A stretch of DNA of 63,179 nucleotides, filler included, from Octopus bimaculoides (lineage: Eukaryota), in the NCBI RefSeq assembly GCF_001194135.2. It is 4 parts of 4 records of this genome, joined end to end, with 100 filler letters (N's around TTAATTAATTAA, not from the genome) between each part and the next. Parts side by side here need not be neighbours in the genome. Positions count along the whole stretch, not along the records: positions 1 to 31,690 come from NC_068990.1; 3 more parts are not named here. The stretch is one strand, 5' to 3'. Below, piece by piece: positions 13,477 through 24,443 of the stretch. A model generated the notes under the pieces. That model made no database searches, was not told where the DNA came from, and saw only the letters and a list, made by a program, of their open reading frames with translations. Within the stretch, counting starts at the first letter, position 1. Every line of letters starts with the position of its first letter. Made by a program: the position numbers and the translations under genes.

Positions 13477-14023
13477 CAATATGCTAGTATTCCTTCAGTG
13501 CAAAATAAGTCTCAGCAACTTGAAAAAATTATTAGGCTTTCAGTTACAGGATGTTTATTTAGGAAAGCTTCACAAATCTATATTTCCTTTTAGTGTTAAT
13601 TTCCAGTCATGTTTTGTGTATCTTGTATTTTTACATGTATTAGTCTTCACATTCTGATAGTCATAAGGGTACCATCATGATGTATTGTGCACCACTCCTT
13701 TGCATGTGTGGTGGCTGTGTATCAGAGTTCAAGCATCTGCTAATGATTTCCTGTCCATTCTTTGATACTATCGAGCCATCTACTCTTCTATCTGGCTCTC
13801 CTTCCTCCCTTCACTGTTCGTTGAAGAACTGTATTTGCAAAGCAATAGATCATGGGCATAACATCTTATCTTTCTTGTCTTCATATATGTGTGTGTGTGT
13901 GTATACTAACTTTTAAGCAACTGACCCTGAATGGAAAGATCTGCAAACAGACCTTTGACTTGTTTTGGAGAATTTGTTGCAATTTCTTCCTCCAGAGACA
14001 TATCCCAATGTTGATCATATTCA

Positions 14024-14326
14024 TTGCAAAAAATCATGTGAAAAAAAATCGCCAAAACAATAACAGTAATGAAAATATAGGAATCCAAAATTTCAGGATT
14101 GCATGTCCGGATTTGGCCAGGAATGTTTTTAATTTACTTACAGAGTTGGCCTTTAGATTATAAAAATTGTTATCATACAAAAAAGTTTGTTGCAAAAAGT
14201 CAAGTAAAAAAAATTGCTGGAAACAATCACAGTAATGAAAAGTTGGGAATCCAAAATTTCAGAATTCTGGGTCCAGATTTGGCCAAGAATGTTTTTAATT
14301 TACTCACATAGTCAGCCTGATTCCAA
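14024..14326. repeat. two diverged tandem units, ~166-bp period
   Basis: 14024-14160 and 14190-14326 share ttgcaaaaa..aaacaat.acagtaatgaaa..ggaatccaaaatttcag..gatttggcca.gaatgtttttaatttact. Confidence 0.8.
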
Positions 14327-14494
14327 AATGGTATGATATGTTGAGCTATGGCCTCTAGGAGTCAAGTTGAAAAAGTGTGATACACTGACACACTGACATT
14401 CACATTTATTCTATTGGATGTTTAATTTTGGGGAAACTTTATTTCAATCAAAGTATATTTTGTATATAGGTGTGTGTGTGTGTATATGTATATA

Positions 14495-14562
<68 letters not shown>

Positions 14563-14801
14563 TATGTATGTATGTATGTAGGTATGTATGTATGTATCCA
14601 ACATGAAGAACTTAAGCGAGCTGCATGAAAGCTCATGGCTTGTATAGTGAATGGGGAAATCTTGGTCTGCAATGTTTGCAGTCGTGTATGCTTGTCAAGA
14701 GCAGGGCTCATTAGCCACCAATAGAGCCGCAAATGCAAAATATAAGTTAGTCCTAGAGCACACGATGTTCCTGAAGGTCAGCAATGGTCTTCCTCAGTCA
14801 A

Positions 14802-14868
<67 letters not shown>

Positions 14869-15764
14869 GAAAGCAAAAAATAAAACAAAAAGGATAGTAT
14901 TCAGTATGTTGGCCATAGGAATTTCTATCAAAGAGATATTGTTAAACAAAGCTGTGCATCCGCTCCCACTTTCTCATTCTCTTTTTATACTCCCACTACC
15001 ACCAACAACACCATTACTTTTAATAAAACATCATCAACTCTCCTTAAATTTATTTGTCTTTCTTTCTCTCCCTCTGTCTCTCTCTCTTGCTCTGTGTCTT
15101 CGCCACCAGCCTCACCATCTTTATGCCTACTCACCCCAGCTCAAGGAATAGTAGAACTGTCATTGAATAGTGAGAGAGGGGATCAAAGTGTAACACACTG
15201 ACACACAGAAATTAGTTTTCACATTTATTATATCAAAATAAATATATCTTTTATCTTTTATTTGTTTCATGCAGCCATACTGGGGTACTGCCTTGAAGAA
15301 GTTTTTTAGTTGAATATCAATCACAGTATTTGCTTCTTTTTAACCTTGGTACTTAATCTATTGGTTTCTTTTGCTAAACTGCTTAGATATGGAGATGTAT
15401 ACACACCAACACTGGATGTTAATCAGTAGTGGGTACAGACAGGCAGGCATACACACACATACATACACACACACATCATGGGCTTTTTTCAATTTCCATT
15501 TACCAGATCCATTCACAAGGCTTTGGCTGGCCAGAAGATACAGCAGAAGACACTTGCTCAAGGTGGCATGCTGTGTTGCCATTTTGTACTTTTAATTTCG
15601 CACATGCACATTTTTCATTTTTGATTTTGTTGACTACACTGTATAGTAGGTTCAGTTGGGCACTGTCTGTAAGAAAAACAGTATCATAATGCAATTCACT
15701 CTGCGAGAAATTTGGAAATGACATGCTGTACTGCTTGGCACTCATGCCAGAAGCTCCAATACAA

Positions 15765-16505
15765 ACATTTCAGAGGACAATGCCACACAAGCAAGAGAAC
15801 CCAGTCATGGCTGTCAGAATATTTCTGTGACCACATCACCCCTAACATCTATGTGTCAATTAGAGGAAAATGCGATCTGAGTACATGTACTGAGGGAGAT
15901 AAAAATCAAATATCCAGTCAACATCATGGTGCTTAGAGTGATGACTAGTGATGGTGACGTTATGCCTCCATTCATCTTCCCACATGGCCTCAGACTCAAT
16001 ATAGAGGCCTACATCAAGATCCTGGAGGAGATAGTGCTGCCCTGGGTCAAGAAGGTGGCTGCTGGAAGACCCTATATCTGCCAACAGGATTCTGCACCAT
16101 GCCACACAAGCAGAACTCAGTCATGGCTGTTAGACTATTTCTGTGACCACATCACCCTTAACATCTGGCCACCTAACTCCTCAGACAGCAACCCCCTTAA
16201 TTATTATGTGTGGGGCACAGTTGAGCAAGAGACCAACAAAACTCCTTGTAACACCAAAGATGAACTGAAGGCAAGGATTATGGCAGCATTCCCCAACTTA
16301 AGGAAACTGTCCAGAAGAGTTGCAGGAGATTCCGAAGTCGTCTGGAAGCCGTGCTTGAAGCTAATGGCGATTTTATTGAATAAATTTACTCTTTAGTATT
16401 TCATGCCATTTTTATGTAACTTTGGTAAATATATCTGTTAAAAAGAGATGTCAGTGCTATTTTCACTTTTGCATAATTTAGATGACAATTATTCACCGCA
16501 CCCTA
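15765..16505 (+). mobile_element. Tc1/mariner DD37D (maT-like) transposase 3' fragment with right TIR
   Basis: ORF 15926-16396 contains QQDSAPCH and WPPNSSDSNPLNYYVWG. The D2-D3 spacing is 37 once the codon seen in the upstream duplicate (HTSKRTQ) is restored. Terminus caattattcaccgcaccct-ata. Confidence 0.9.
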
Positions 16506-16960
16506 TATATGTAAATGTATACACATACATTTACATATATATATAAAGTACCAGGGTTTAAAAAAATAAGTACTGGGGTTGATTCATTTGACTAGAAATT
16601 CTTGAAGGTGGTGTCCCAGCATGGCCACAGTCTAACGAAGAAACAAGTGAAAGATATAGGATAAAAGATAAACGTTAAATGTATTTGGAATGTATTAGTA
16701 ATTGATGTTGTTTTGAATTAATTACTGTAATCTCTTCTCATTGATTATGCTTATAGAATATAGTACTGTCAGATTATAATATACCTGTGTCTCACCTGTT
16801 ATATGCCATGAGATTTCCAGTTTTTTAATCTTATCTATTATGCTGCATACAATGGCATCATTGGTTACTGATATCCAGTGGATCAATAATTGGTGTATCG
16901 TATTTCTAATGAAGGGCATGGCAAAAGGGTGTTTGTATAACTCAGTGTGAAATAAACATT

Positions 16961-17173
16961 CTTTTCTACTCTAGGCACAAGGTCCGAAATTTTGGGGAGG
17001 GGGCCAGTCGATTAGATTGCTCCCAGTACACAACTGGTACTTAATTTATCGACCCTGGAAGGATGAAAGGCAAAGTCGACCTCTGTGGAATTTGAACTCA
17101 GAACACAATGGCAGACGAAATACTGCTAAGCATTTCATCTGGTGTGCTAATGTTTCTGCCAGCTTGCTGCCTT
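16961..17173 (-). mobile_element. SINE family B
   Basis: Full-length match to the 13264 and 18001 copies. Confidence 0.92.
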
Positions 17174-17361
17174 AATGTGGAATAAATACTGAAATGGCAC
17201 TAAGATCCAGAAAGCAACCATGTTTCAGTTATCTCCCACTTGTTTACAACCTTTACAAATATACATGAATGAAAAACACACACACAGATACAAATCCTCA
17301 AACCACACATGGATACATGTTCACATATTATCTTGCTTTGCATTGGGCCCTCAACAACCTC

Positions 17362-17553
17362 ACTAGTGCCAGTGGGATGAAAAGACACCCAGTACACACT
17401 ATAATGTGGTTGACATTGGGAAGGGCATCCAGTCATAGAAACACTGCCAAACCTGACACTAGAACTCGGTGCAGCCCTGTGACTTGCCAGATCATCTTGT
17501 CAAACCATCAACTCATGCCAGCAAGGAAAGTGAGCAGTAAATGATGATGATGA
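17362..17553 (+). mobile_element. family C copy
   Basis: gtggttgacattgggaagggcatccagtcatagaaac ... gatgatgatga. Confidence 0.7.
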
Positions 17554-17599
17554 ATTTCATTATCAAACTGATAAGATAATGTTGAGACTGATGATGATA

Positions 17600-17994
17600 A
17601 GCATGGCTATATGGTAAGAAGTTTGCTTCCCAAGCACATGGTTCGAATTTCTGTCCCACTGCATGACACCTTGTTCAAGTCTTCTACTATAGCCTTGGGC
17701 CGACCAAAGCCTTGTGGGTGGATTTGGTAGGCAGAAACTGAAAGGAAGCCTGTCATATACACACATACATATGTGCAAGTGAATATGTGTGTGTCTGTGT
17801 GTGTGTGTTTATGTCAGTGTTTGTCCCCCTCCCACTCGTCACTGCTTGACAACCAGTGTTGGTTTATGTCCCCATAACTAAGTGGTTCAGCAAAAGAATC
17901 AATAGAGTAAGTAGCAAATAAAAAACATAAAAAATACTGGGGTCAATTCATTTGATTAAAAATTCTTCAATGCAGCACCCTAGAATGGCCACAG
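17600..17994 (+). mobile_element. SINE family A (tail cut by the adjacent family B copy)
   Basis: Head, CORE-like block, internal (TG)n and tail up to ggccacag. Confidence 0.85.
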
Positions 17995-18000
17995 AAGTGT

Positions 18001-18212
18001 AAGGTGGTGAGCTGGCAGAAACGTTAGCATGCTGGGTGAAATGCTTAGTGGTATTTTGTCTGTCTTTACATTCTGAGTTCAAACCCCACTGAGATCGACT
18101 TTGCCTTTCATCCTTTAGGAGTTGATAAATTAAGTACCAATTGCATACTGGGTTGATCTAACCGACTGCCCCGCTCCCCAAAAATTTCGGGCCTTGTGCC
18201 TAGAGTAGAAAA
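18001..18212 (+). mobile_element. SINE family B
   Basis: aaggtggtgagctggcagaaacgttagc...ctgagttcaaacc...gactttgcctttcatcc...gtgcctagagtagaaaa. Confidence 0.93.
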
Positions 18213-19001
18213 TAAAAGAACAGAAGTGTAATAAGTGGAGAAAAAGAGAATGAAGAAGAGATAGAACAGAAGAACTAAAGTGTGGTTGCACACAACAGGA
18301 GTGACATCTATGGATGACATTTAAGTTGATGATGATGGTGTTATGAGGATAAGGATGACACAAAGAATGATGACAATAACATTGAAAGCGGCAATGATGG
18401 TGATGGTTGCAATTTTGTACTTGTAATAAGATGAAGTCTTTATTAACAGAAACACATTCCAATACCAATAGGAAATTAAGTCCAATTTCATTTAAAATTT
18501 CAGTATTATCCACAACTAATATATTATTTTAAAAACTTTCGAAAATAATTAGTTGAAGCTTTTATGAAGTTGTGTGTCATCATCTAGATAATTAGTCAAT
18601 TAGATAAGCTCATTGAAATACTTTACCACATTCACTTTTGTGATAATGATCTTCAATTAACGAATATTGTTTAATAATTATGTATCAAATTAAATTCAAA
18701 TAACACAAATTATTAACATCCGCTAATTTACAATTGAACAATCAATACAATTACACACCCAAAATTTATTTTGTAACATAAATATATTGATTTCTTTGGA
18801 ACTGATTCATGGTCAGGTAAGCAAAATGAAGAGACTAGTCTTAATTGATGACCCTCCTGTACTAACTTTGCTGATACTTATTTTAGCAACAGCTTAAAAG
18901 GAGTCAACAAGATAAACCCTAAAGGGCTACTTGATTCACTACTAAGGCAAACTAAATTTCCCTTAAATCTCATCCTAGTTCTTAAAAGCAATGGAAGAAC
19001 A

Positions 19002-19165
19002 TAGGTGCAGGTGTGGCTTTCAGTTAAGAAGCTTGCTTCCCAACCACATGGCTTCGGGTTCAGTCCCACTGCATGGCACCTTGGACAAGAGTCTTCTACT
19101 AAACCCTTGGGCTGAACAAAGCTTTGTGAGTAGATTCAGTAGATGGAAACTGAAAGGAGCCCATC

Positions 19166-19170
<5 letters not shown>
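19002..19170 (+). mobile_element. SINE family A 5' half, ending in (TA)n
   Basis: Head to ggaaactgaaaggagcccatcgtc, then (TA)n. Confidence 0.85.
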
Positions 19171-19234
<64 letters not shown>

Positions 19235-19235
<1 letters not shown>

Positions 19236-19596
19236 TCTTTTACTTGTTTCAGTCATTTGACTGCGGTCTTCAGTCAAACAAATCAACCCAAAGATTTATT
19301 TTTGTAAGCATAGTAATTATTCTATCAGTCTCTTTTGCTGAGCTGCTAAGTTACGGGGACATAAACACACCAACATCAGTTGTCAAGTGGTGGTCGTAGT
19401 GGTCGTGGGGTGGGGGGCAAACACAGACACACAAATACATACATATATATGTATATATATGACGGGCTTCTTTTAGTCTTTGTTCACCAAATCCACTCAC
19501 AAGGCTTTGGTCAGCCTGAAGCTATAATAGAAGACAATTGCCCAAGGTGCCATGCAGTGGGACTGAACCTAGAACCATGTGGTTGGGAAGCTGTAG
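19235..19596 (-). mobile_element. SINE family A, opposite orientation, abutting the (TA)n of the previous copy
   Basis: cttttacttgtttcagtcatttgactgcgg ... gggactgaacctagaaccatgtggttgggaagc. Confidence 0.88.
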
Positions 19597-20190
19597 CTCT
19601 TCAAGTATGAATCCTTGAAGAATCCTTCTTGGATTTCATGTGGTAGTTTGTGTATCCAGAACTCTACTGCTTCTCATCCTAAGTTATAGGGGATATTGGT
19701 GTAGAGGTTAACTACATGAAAGATGACTAATATGGTTTCTTTGTTCACTCTTTTTGGAATGTGGTTTAGGAAATCCATATCATCTCTAATAAAACTAGGG
19801 ACCAATTTACATAATGGTTTTAGAATTGTGTCAAGCAAGTTGCTTAGTCTTTGTGTGCTTGATGCTGGTCCTGCTACAATTGGTCTTAATTTAAGATCAG
19901 ATGGTCTAGGAATCTTTATATAGGGAGTTCAAACAGTCCTTGATTTCTTTAGATTTATGGATTTTCAGAAGACCATAGAAGTTACTGGCTTTTACTTCAA
20001 ACTTAGAAAGGCAATCTAACTCTTTTTTTGTCAGTTCCTTTTTATATGTGTTTGTAAGTTTAATAATCTTATTTAATGTATACCTATCAAGATTGTTTTC
20101 TAATTTTTTGTAGAAGTGTTGGTCATTTAGGTGCTCAAGGACTATTTCTCTATAATGGAGTTTGTTCATTATAAGACAAGACATTCCGAG
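19597..20190 (-). mobile_element. Penelope-like (Neptune/Poseidon-type) RT fragment
   Basis: Minus translation: SNFYGLLKIHKSKEI..; IPRPSDLKLRPIVAGPASSTQRLSNLLDTILKP..PSFIRDDMDFL..ILVIFHVVNLYTNIP (motif A with D>H). Confidence 0.88.
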
Positions 20191-20391
20191 CAGAATTTGT
20201 TAACTATAAGTGCGGGGGGTGATTGTACTATTTCAACAAACTTCTGTATTTCTAACATGAATGAATTATGTTATGTGAGGTATATTCAGCCACCATGTGC
20301 ATCCTGGTTTTTAAGAATAGTTGCACCATATCTGTGTGTGCCAAAAGATAGAATTCATTCTAAATCAATTAATTAAAAATAAAACAAAATA

Positions 20392-20756
20392 GTCATGACT
20401 GTGTGACATCTTGGGCAAGTGTCTTCTGCTGTATATAGCCTTGGGTTGACCAAAGCCTTGTGAGTGGGTTTGGTAGATGGAAGCTGAAAGAAGCCCATTG
20501 TAAATACACACACACGCACACGCACACGCGCACGCACACGCACACACACACACACGTGTGTGTGTGTCCTACCATTGCTTGACAACCGGTGTTGGTGTGT
20601 TTACATCCCCTTACTTAGTGCTTTAGCAAAAGTGACCAGCAGAATAAGTACTAGGCTTCAAAAGAATAAATACTGGGGTTGAGGTCTTTGACTAAAATTC
20701 TTCAAGGTGGTGCCCCAGCGTAACCTCAGTCTAATAAGTGAGACAAGTAAAAGATT
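20392..20756 (+). mobile_element. SINE family A, 5'-truncated
   Basis: catcttgggcaagtgtcttc...internal (CA)n/(TG)n...tail ggtggtgccccagc. Confidence 0.85.
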
Positions 20757-20810
20757 CCAGAAGAATCACAATCACTTGATCTTTGGAAAATGGCATTTCC
20801 TTTAAATATA

Positions 20811-21342
20811 TAGGCGCAGGAGTGGTTGTGTGGTAAGTAGCTTGCATACCAACCACATGGTTCCGGGTTCAGTCCCACTGCGTAGCAACTTGGGCAAGTG
20901 TCTTCTACTATAGCCTCGGGCCAAACAAAGCCTTGTGAGTGGATTCGGTAGATGGAAACTGAAAAAAGCACGTTGTATATATATATATATATATATATAT
21001 ATNNNNNNNNNNNNNNNNNNNNNNNNNNNNNNNNNNNNNNNNNNNNNNNNNNNNNNNNNNNNNNNNNNNNNNNNNNNNNNNNNNNNNNNNNNNNNNNNNN
21101 NNNNNNNNNNNNNNNNNNNNNNNATATATATGTTTGTGTGTTTTGTTTGTTCCCTCACCATCACTTGACAACTAATGCTGGTGTGTTTAAGTCCCTGTAA
21201 CTTAGTGGTTCGGTAAAAGAGACCGATAGAATAAGTACTAGGCTTACAAAGAATAAGTCTTGGGGTCAATTTGCTCGACTAGAGGCAGTGCTCCAGCATG
21301 GCCACAGTCAAATGACTAAAACAAGTAAAAGGGTAAAAGAGT
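20811..21342 (+). mobile_element. SINE family A, full length, N gap inside its microsatellite
   Basis: taggcgcaggagtggttgtgtggtaag ... ccagcatggccacagtcaaatgactaaaacaagtaaaag. Confidence 0.93.
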
Positions 21343-22894
21343 ATATCTCACAGTTCTGGAAAAGATATTAGAATGTCTTATAGTATCTGTTCCAGCCCTT
21401 TGCATTCTGAGTTCAATTCACACTGAGGCCAAGTTTGCTTTTCATTCTATCAAGGTAAATAGATAAAGTACCAGGTAAGAGCAGGGGGAAGGGTAATTTC
21501 TCTCTCTATCACTCACCCACTCTCTCTCTTTTGTCTTCTCTCTTTCTCTCTCTCTGAATTAGTTATATGTGATGGGGCCAAAGAAAGTGCATTCACTTTG
21601 CAACTATACTAATTCTTTCACAGCCCTTCTATCAACAGGATGTGAAAAAGAAAAGAAGGAACATTTGTCAATGTAGTTCCTAATATATAAACAGATGGGG
21701 CGGTCATGAATAGAATGCTTTTCATGATAGATCTGCTCAGTTGGAGCTACAAATTAACATAGACTCAGTAAGCTAATGCAACCAAATGTCTGCAATTAGT
21801 CATTTAGTCTAACTTCACACACACACGCACACACATTCATGTATGTATACATGCATATATATGTAAAATAAAGCATAGTGTTTAATGTTACTAAGTAGAA
21901 CTTGGAATGATATATTTAATAAATAATTAACTATGCTAACTGTAACCATGTTTTTATTGCAGACAAGTTTATAAATATATACATTTCCAAATAATATCAA
22001 ACATAGATAGATCTTTGTTTATTAGTCTCTGAAACAGAGCTGCCACTTGAAACAGTAGCACTTAGAAGCTATAAACGATTGTGATGAAATTGCAGTGAAA
22101 GTATTAGAGACAAAGGCCTGAGATGATGGATATAGCATGGAAACAAAGCAAAATGAAGTATCCACTGATTATTAGTGTATCTACACTTTCCTTACTTCCC
22201 TTACTTTCAGATCTTTGCCAGATTTTATGCATTTAATGCTATTGGTTGTGACAGAAAAGTACAACACTTATTGGATTCCTGCTGAAATGGAAAGAACTCA
22301 TTGAAGCATTTCTCAGATTCATTTCTATGACAAAACAAATTTTAAAGTTATTAACGTGACTAAGGAAGAGATGGGAGCAAATTATAGCGATGTGAAAAGA
22401 GCCTGCCTCTTCTTAGATGAAATAGTAACAGAAGGTGAAAATTTTTAGGCTGTAGCAAATGCTAAGCTAGTCTGGTGTTGACAGCAATCAGATTTGGTAT
22501 CAATCAATGAAAATGAAGTGGTTGCCAGAAATTCTGAAGGTCTTAATTATTGTTTAAGCTTTACTTAGTGAATGTTTTGCATACTGATATATTTTCCATG
22601 CAAGCATGGCTCTGTGTGATTAAGAAGATATCAATTCACACTTCTGTGGTTTCAGGTTCAATCCTACTATGTGGCATTTGGGGCAAGAGTCTTTTATCAA
22701 ATCCTTGAGACAATCAATATCCTGCAAGTGAAAATTTTCAAGCAGAAACTGAACTAGAGTCTGTTGTGTATGTATGTGTATGTCTGAGTATGTGTGTATA
22801 TATATGTAAATATATTTACATATATATGTACACACATACAGGCAAACACGCATATGTACATTTATATAAATGTATGTGTGTGTGTGTTTATATA

Positions 22895-22930
<36 letters not shown>

Positions 22931-22936
22931 TGTATA

Positions 22937-23668
22937 TAGGAGAGAATTTGTTTTGAAGTTTGAAAATGCACCTGAATCTGAAAAACGAGTAGTTGTTTTT
23001 AAATAGATTTATTCACGGTGCTCCAGCATGGCCGCAGTCAAATGACTGAAACAAGTAAAATAGTAAAAATAGTATACCAAACTAGTTTTGACAATATTTT
23101 GCTTATCAATGGTACAAATATATATTTAAAAAGTAGGGGTGGGGTAGTAGGAGAGTTTAAAATTACAAGTTAAAAATTGGACAAGCATGTTTAACCCATC
23201 AAGTGTTCAAATGTTCACTGAAATTTCAATGCATGTTTTTGGATTCGAACAAGAAAACAAGCATTACATACACCACAGCAAAATTTGTAAAAAAAAATTA
23301 ATTTTTTCTTTCTCGCTTTTTCCCTTTCTTCTCCACTTATTTTATAAATACTCGATATGGCTGAACTTACAATAATGTACATTTGCTATGATCTTGCCCA
23401 AACATTTACATTGATATTACTATCTATCCCTGTGAAACTCATTGAAATTTCTGTGAACATTGGAATACTTGAAGGTTTAAACATGTTTGTCCCTTTTTTT
23501 ATCTTGTAATTTTAAGCTCTCCAAACCACCCACTACCGTTTTATATATATTTGTACCACTTGTAAGTAAAAAATTGTTGAAACTAGTTTGGTATGTAAAT
23601 AAATCTATTTAAAAATGACTATTTTTCAGATTTAGTTGCATTTTCAAACCCCAAAACAAATTCTCCTG
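22937..23668. mobile_element. foldback MITE with ~240-bp imperfect TIRs; left TIR interrupted by a SINE A tail (23017-23072)
   Basis: Left aggagagaatttgttttg..gaaaatgca..aaatagatttatt..ataccaaactagttt..tttcaatg is the reverse complement of 23440-23668, which ends aattctcctg-TA. Confidence 0.82.
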
Positions 23669-24243
23669 TATTTTTACCTAAGTGGTAACACACTTCATCT
23701 TTCCATATGTGTCTGCATGTATTTATGTGTACAGTGATATTTGCCCATGTCTTGCATAAACATGTCCTAAAGTTTGGTAGTTCAGAATATAATTTCTTAG
23801 AGAATGCACATTTCGTAACAGAATAATACGAGTTCTAATTGCAGGTGTCATATATATTTTTCCCTTTTTATCTATACTTTGTGTGTCACATCAAACATAT
23901 AAACTATGGATTTCAGGGTATTGTTTGCCAACAAGAAAGCAACAGATCTTTGACAATCCCAACCATTGTGCTATAGCTGAAACATTACTGTAGTCAATAT
24001 AACTGAAGACATCAATATCATTCCCATACAGTCTTTAGTCCTCAACTTTAGGTTACAACACATGACTAATTCAAAGATTAAGAATTTATTTGGCTGAAAA
24101 AGCAATGCAATATGACTACAGTTTTGATTAAGGGCAGCTCTGCTGGTAACATCAGAGGCATCTGTTTTGACTTTAAACAACTTCTGTTCATTTTTTGCTC
24201 ATTAACTGTTACATCCTTTCCGGAGAATGGAAACTGAATATAG

Positions 24244-24443
24244 GCTTCAAATTTTGGCACAAGACCAGCAGATTTGCAGAAGGGGTTAAGTCGATGTAAT
24301 TGACCCTAGTGTTCAACTTGTACTTATTTTATCGACCCCCAAAAGGACGAAAGGCAAAGTTAACCTCAGTAGAATTTAAACTCTGAATGTAAAGATGGAC
24401 AAAATGCCACTAAGCACTAACGATTCTGCCAGCTCACTACCTT
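24244..24443 (-). mobile_element. SINE family B
   Basis: ttcaaattttggcacaag...tttatcgacccc.aaaggacgaaaggcaaag...ctgccagctcactacctt. Confidence 0.88.
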
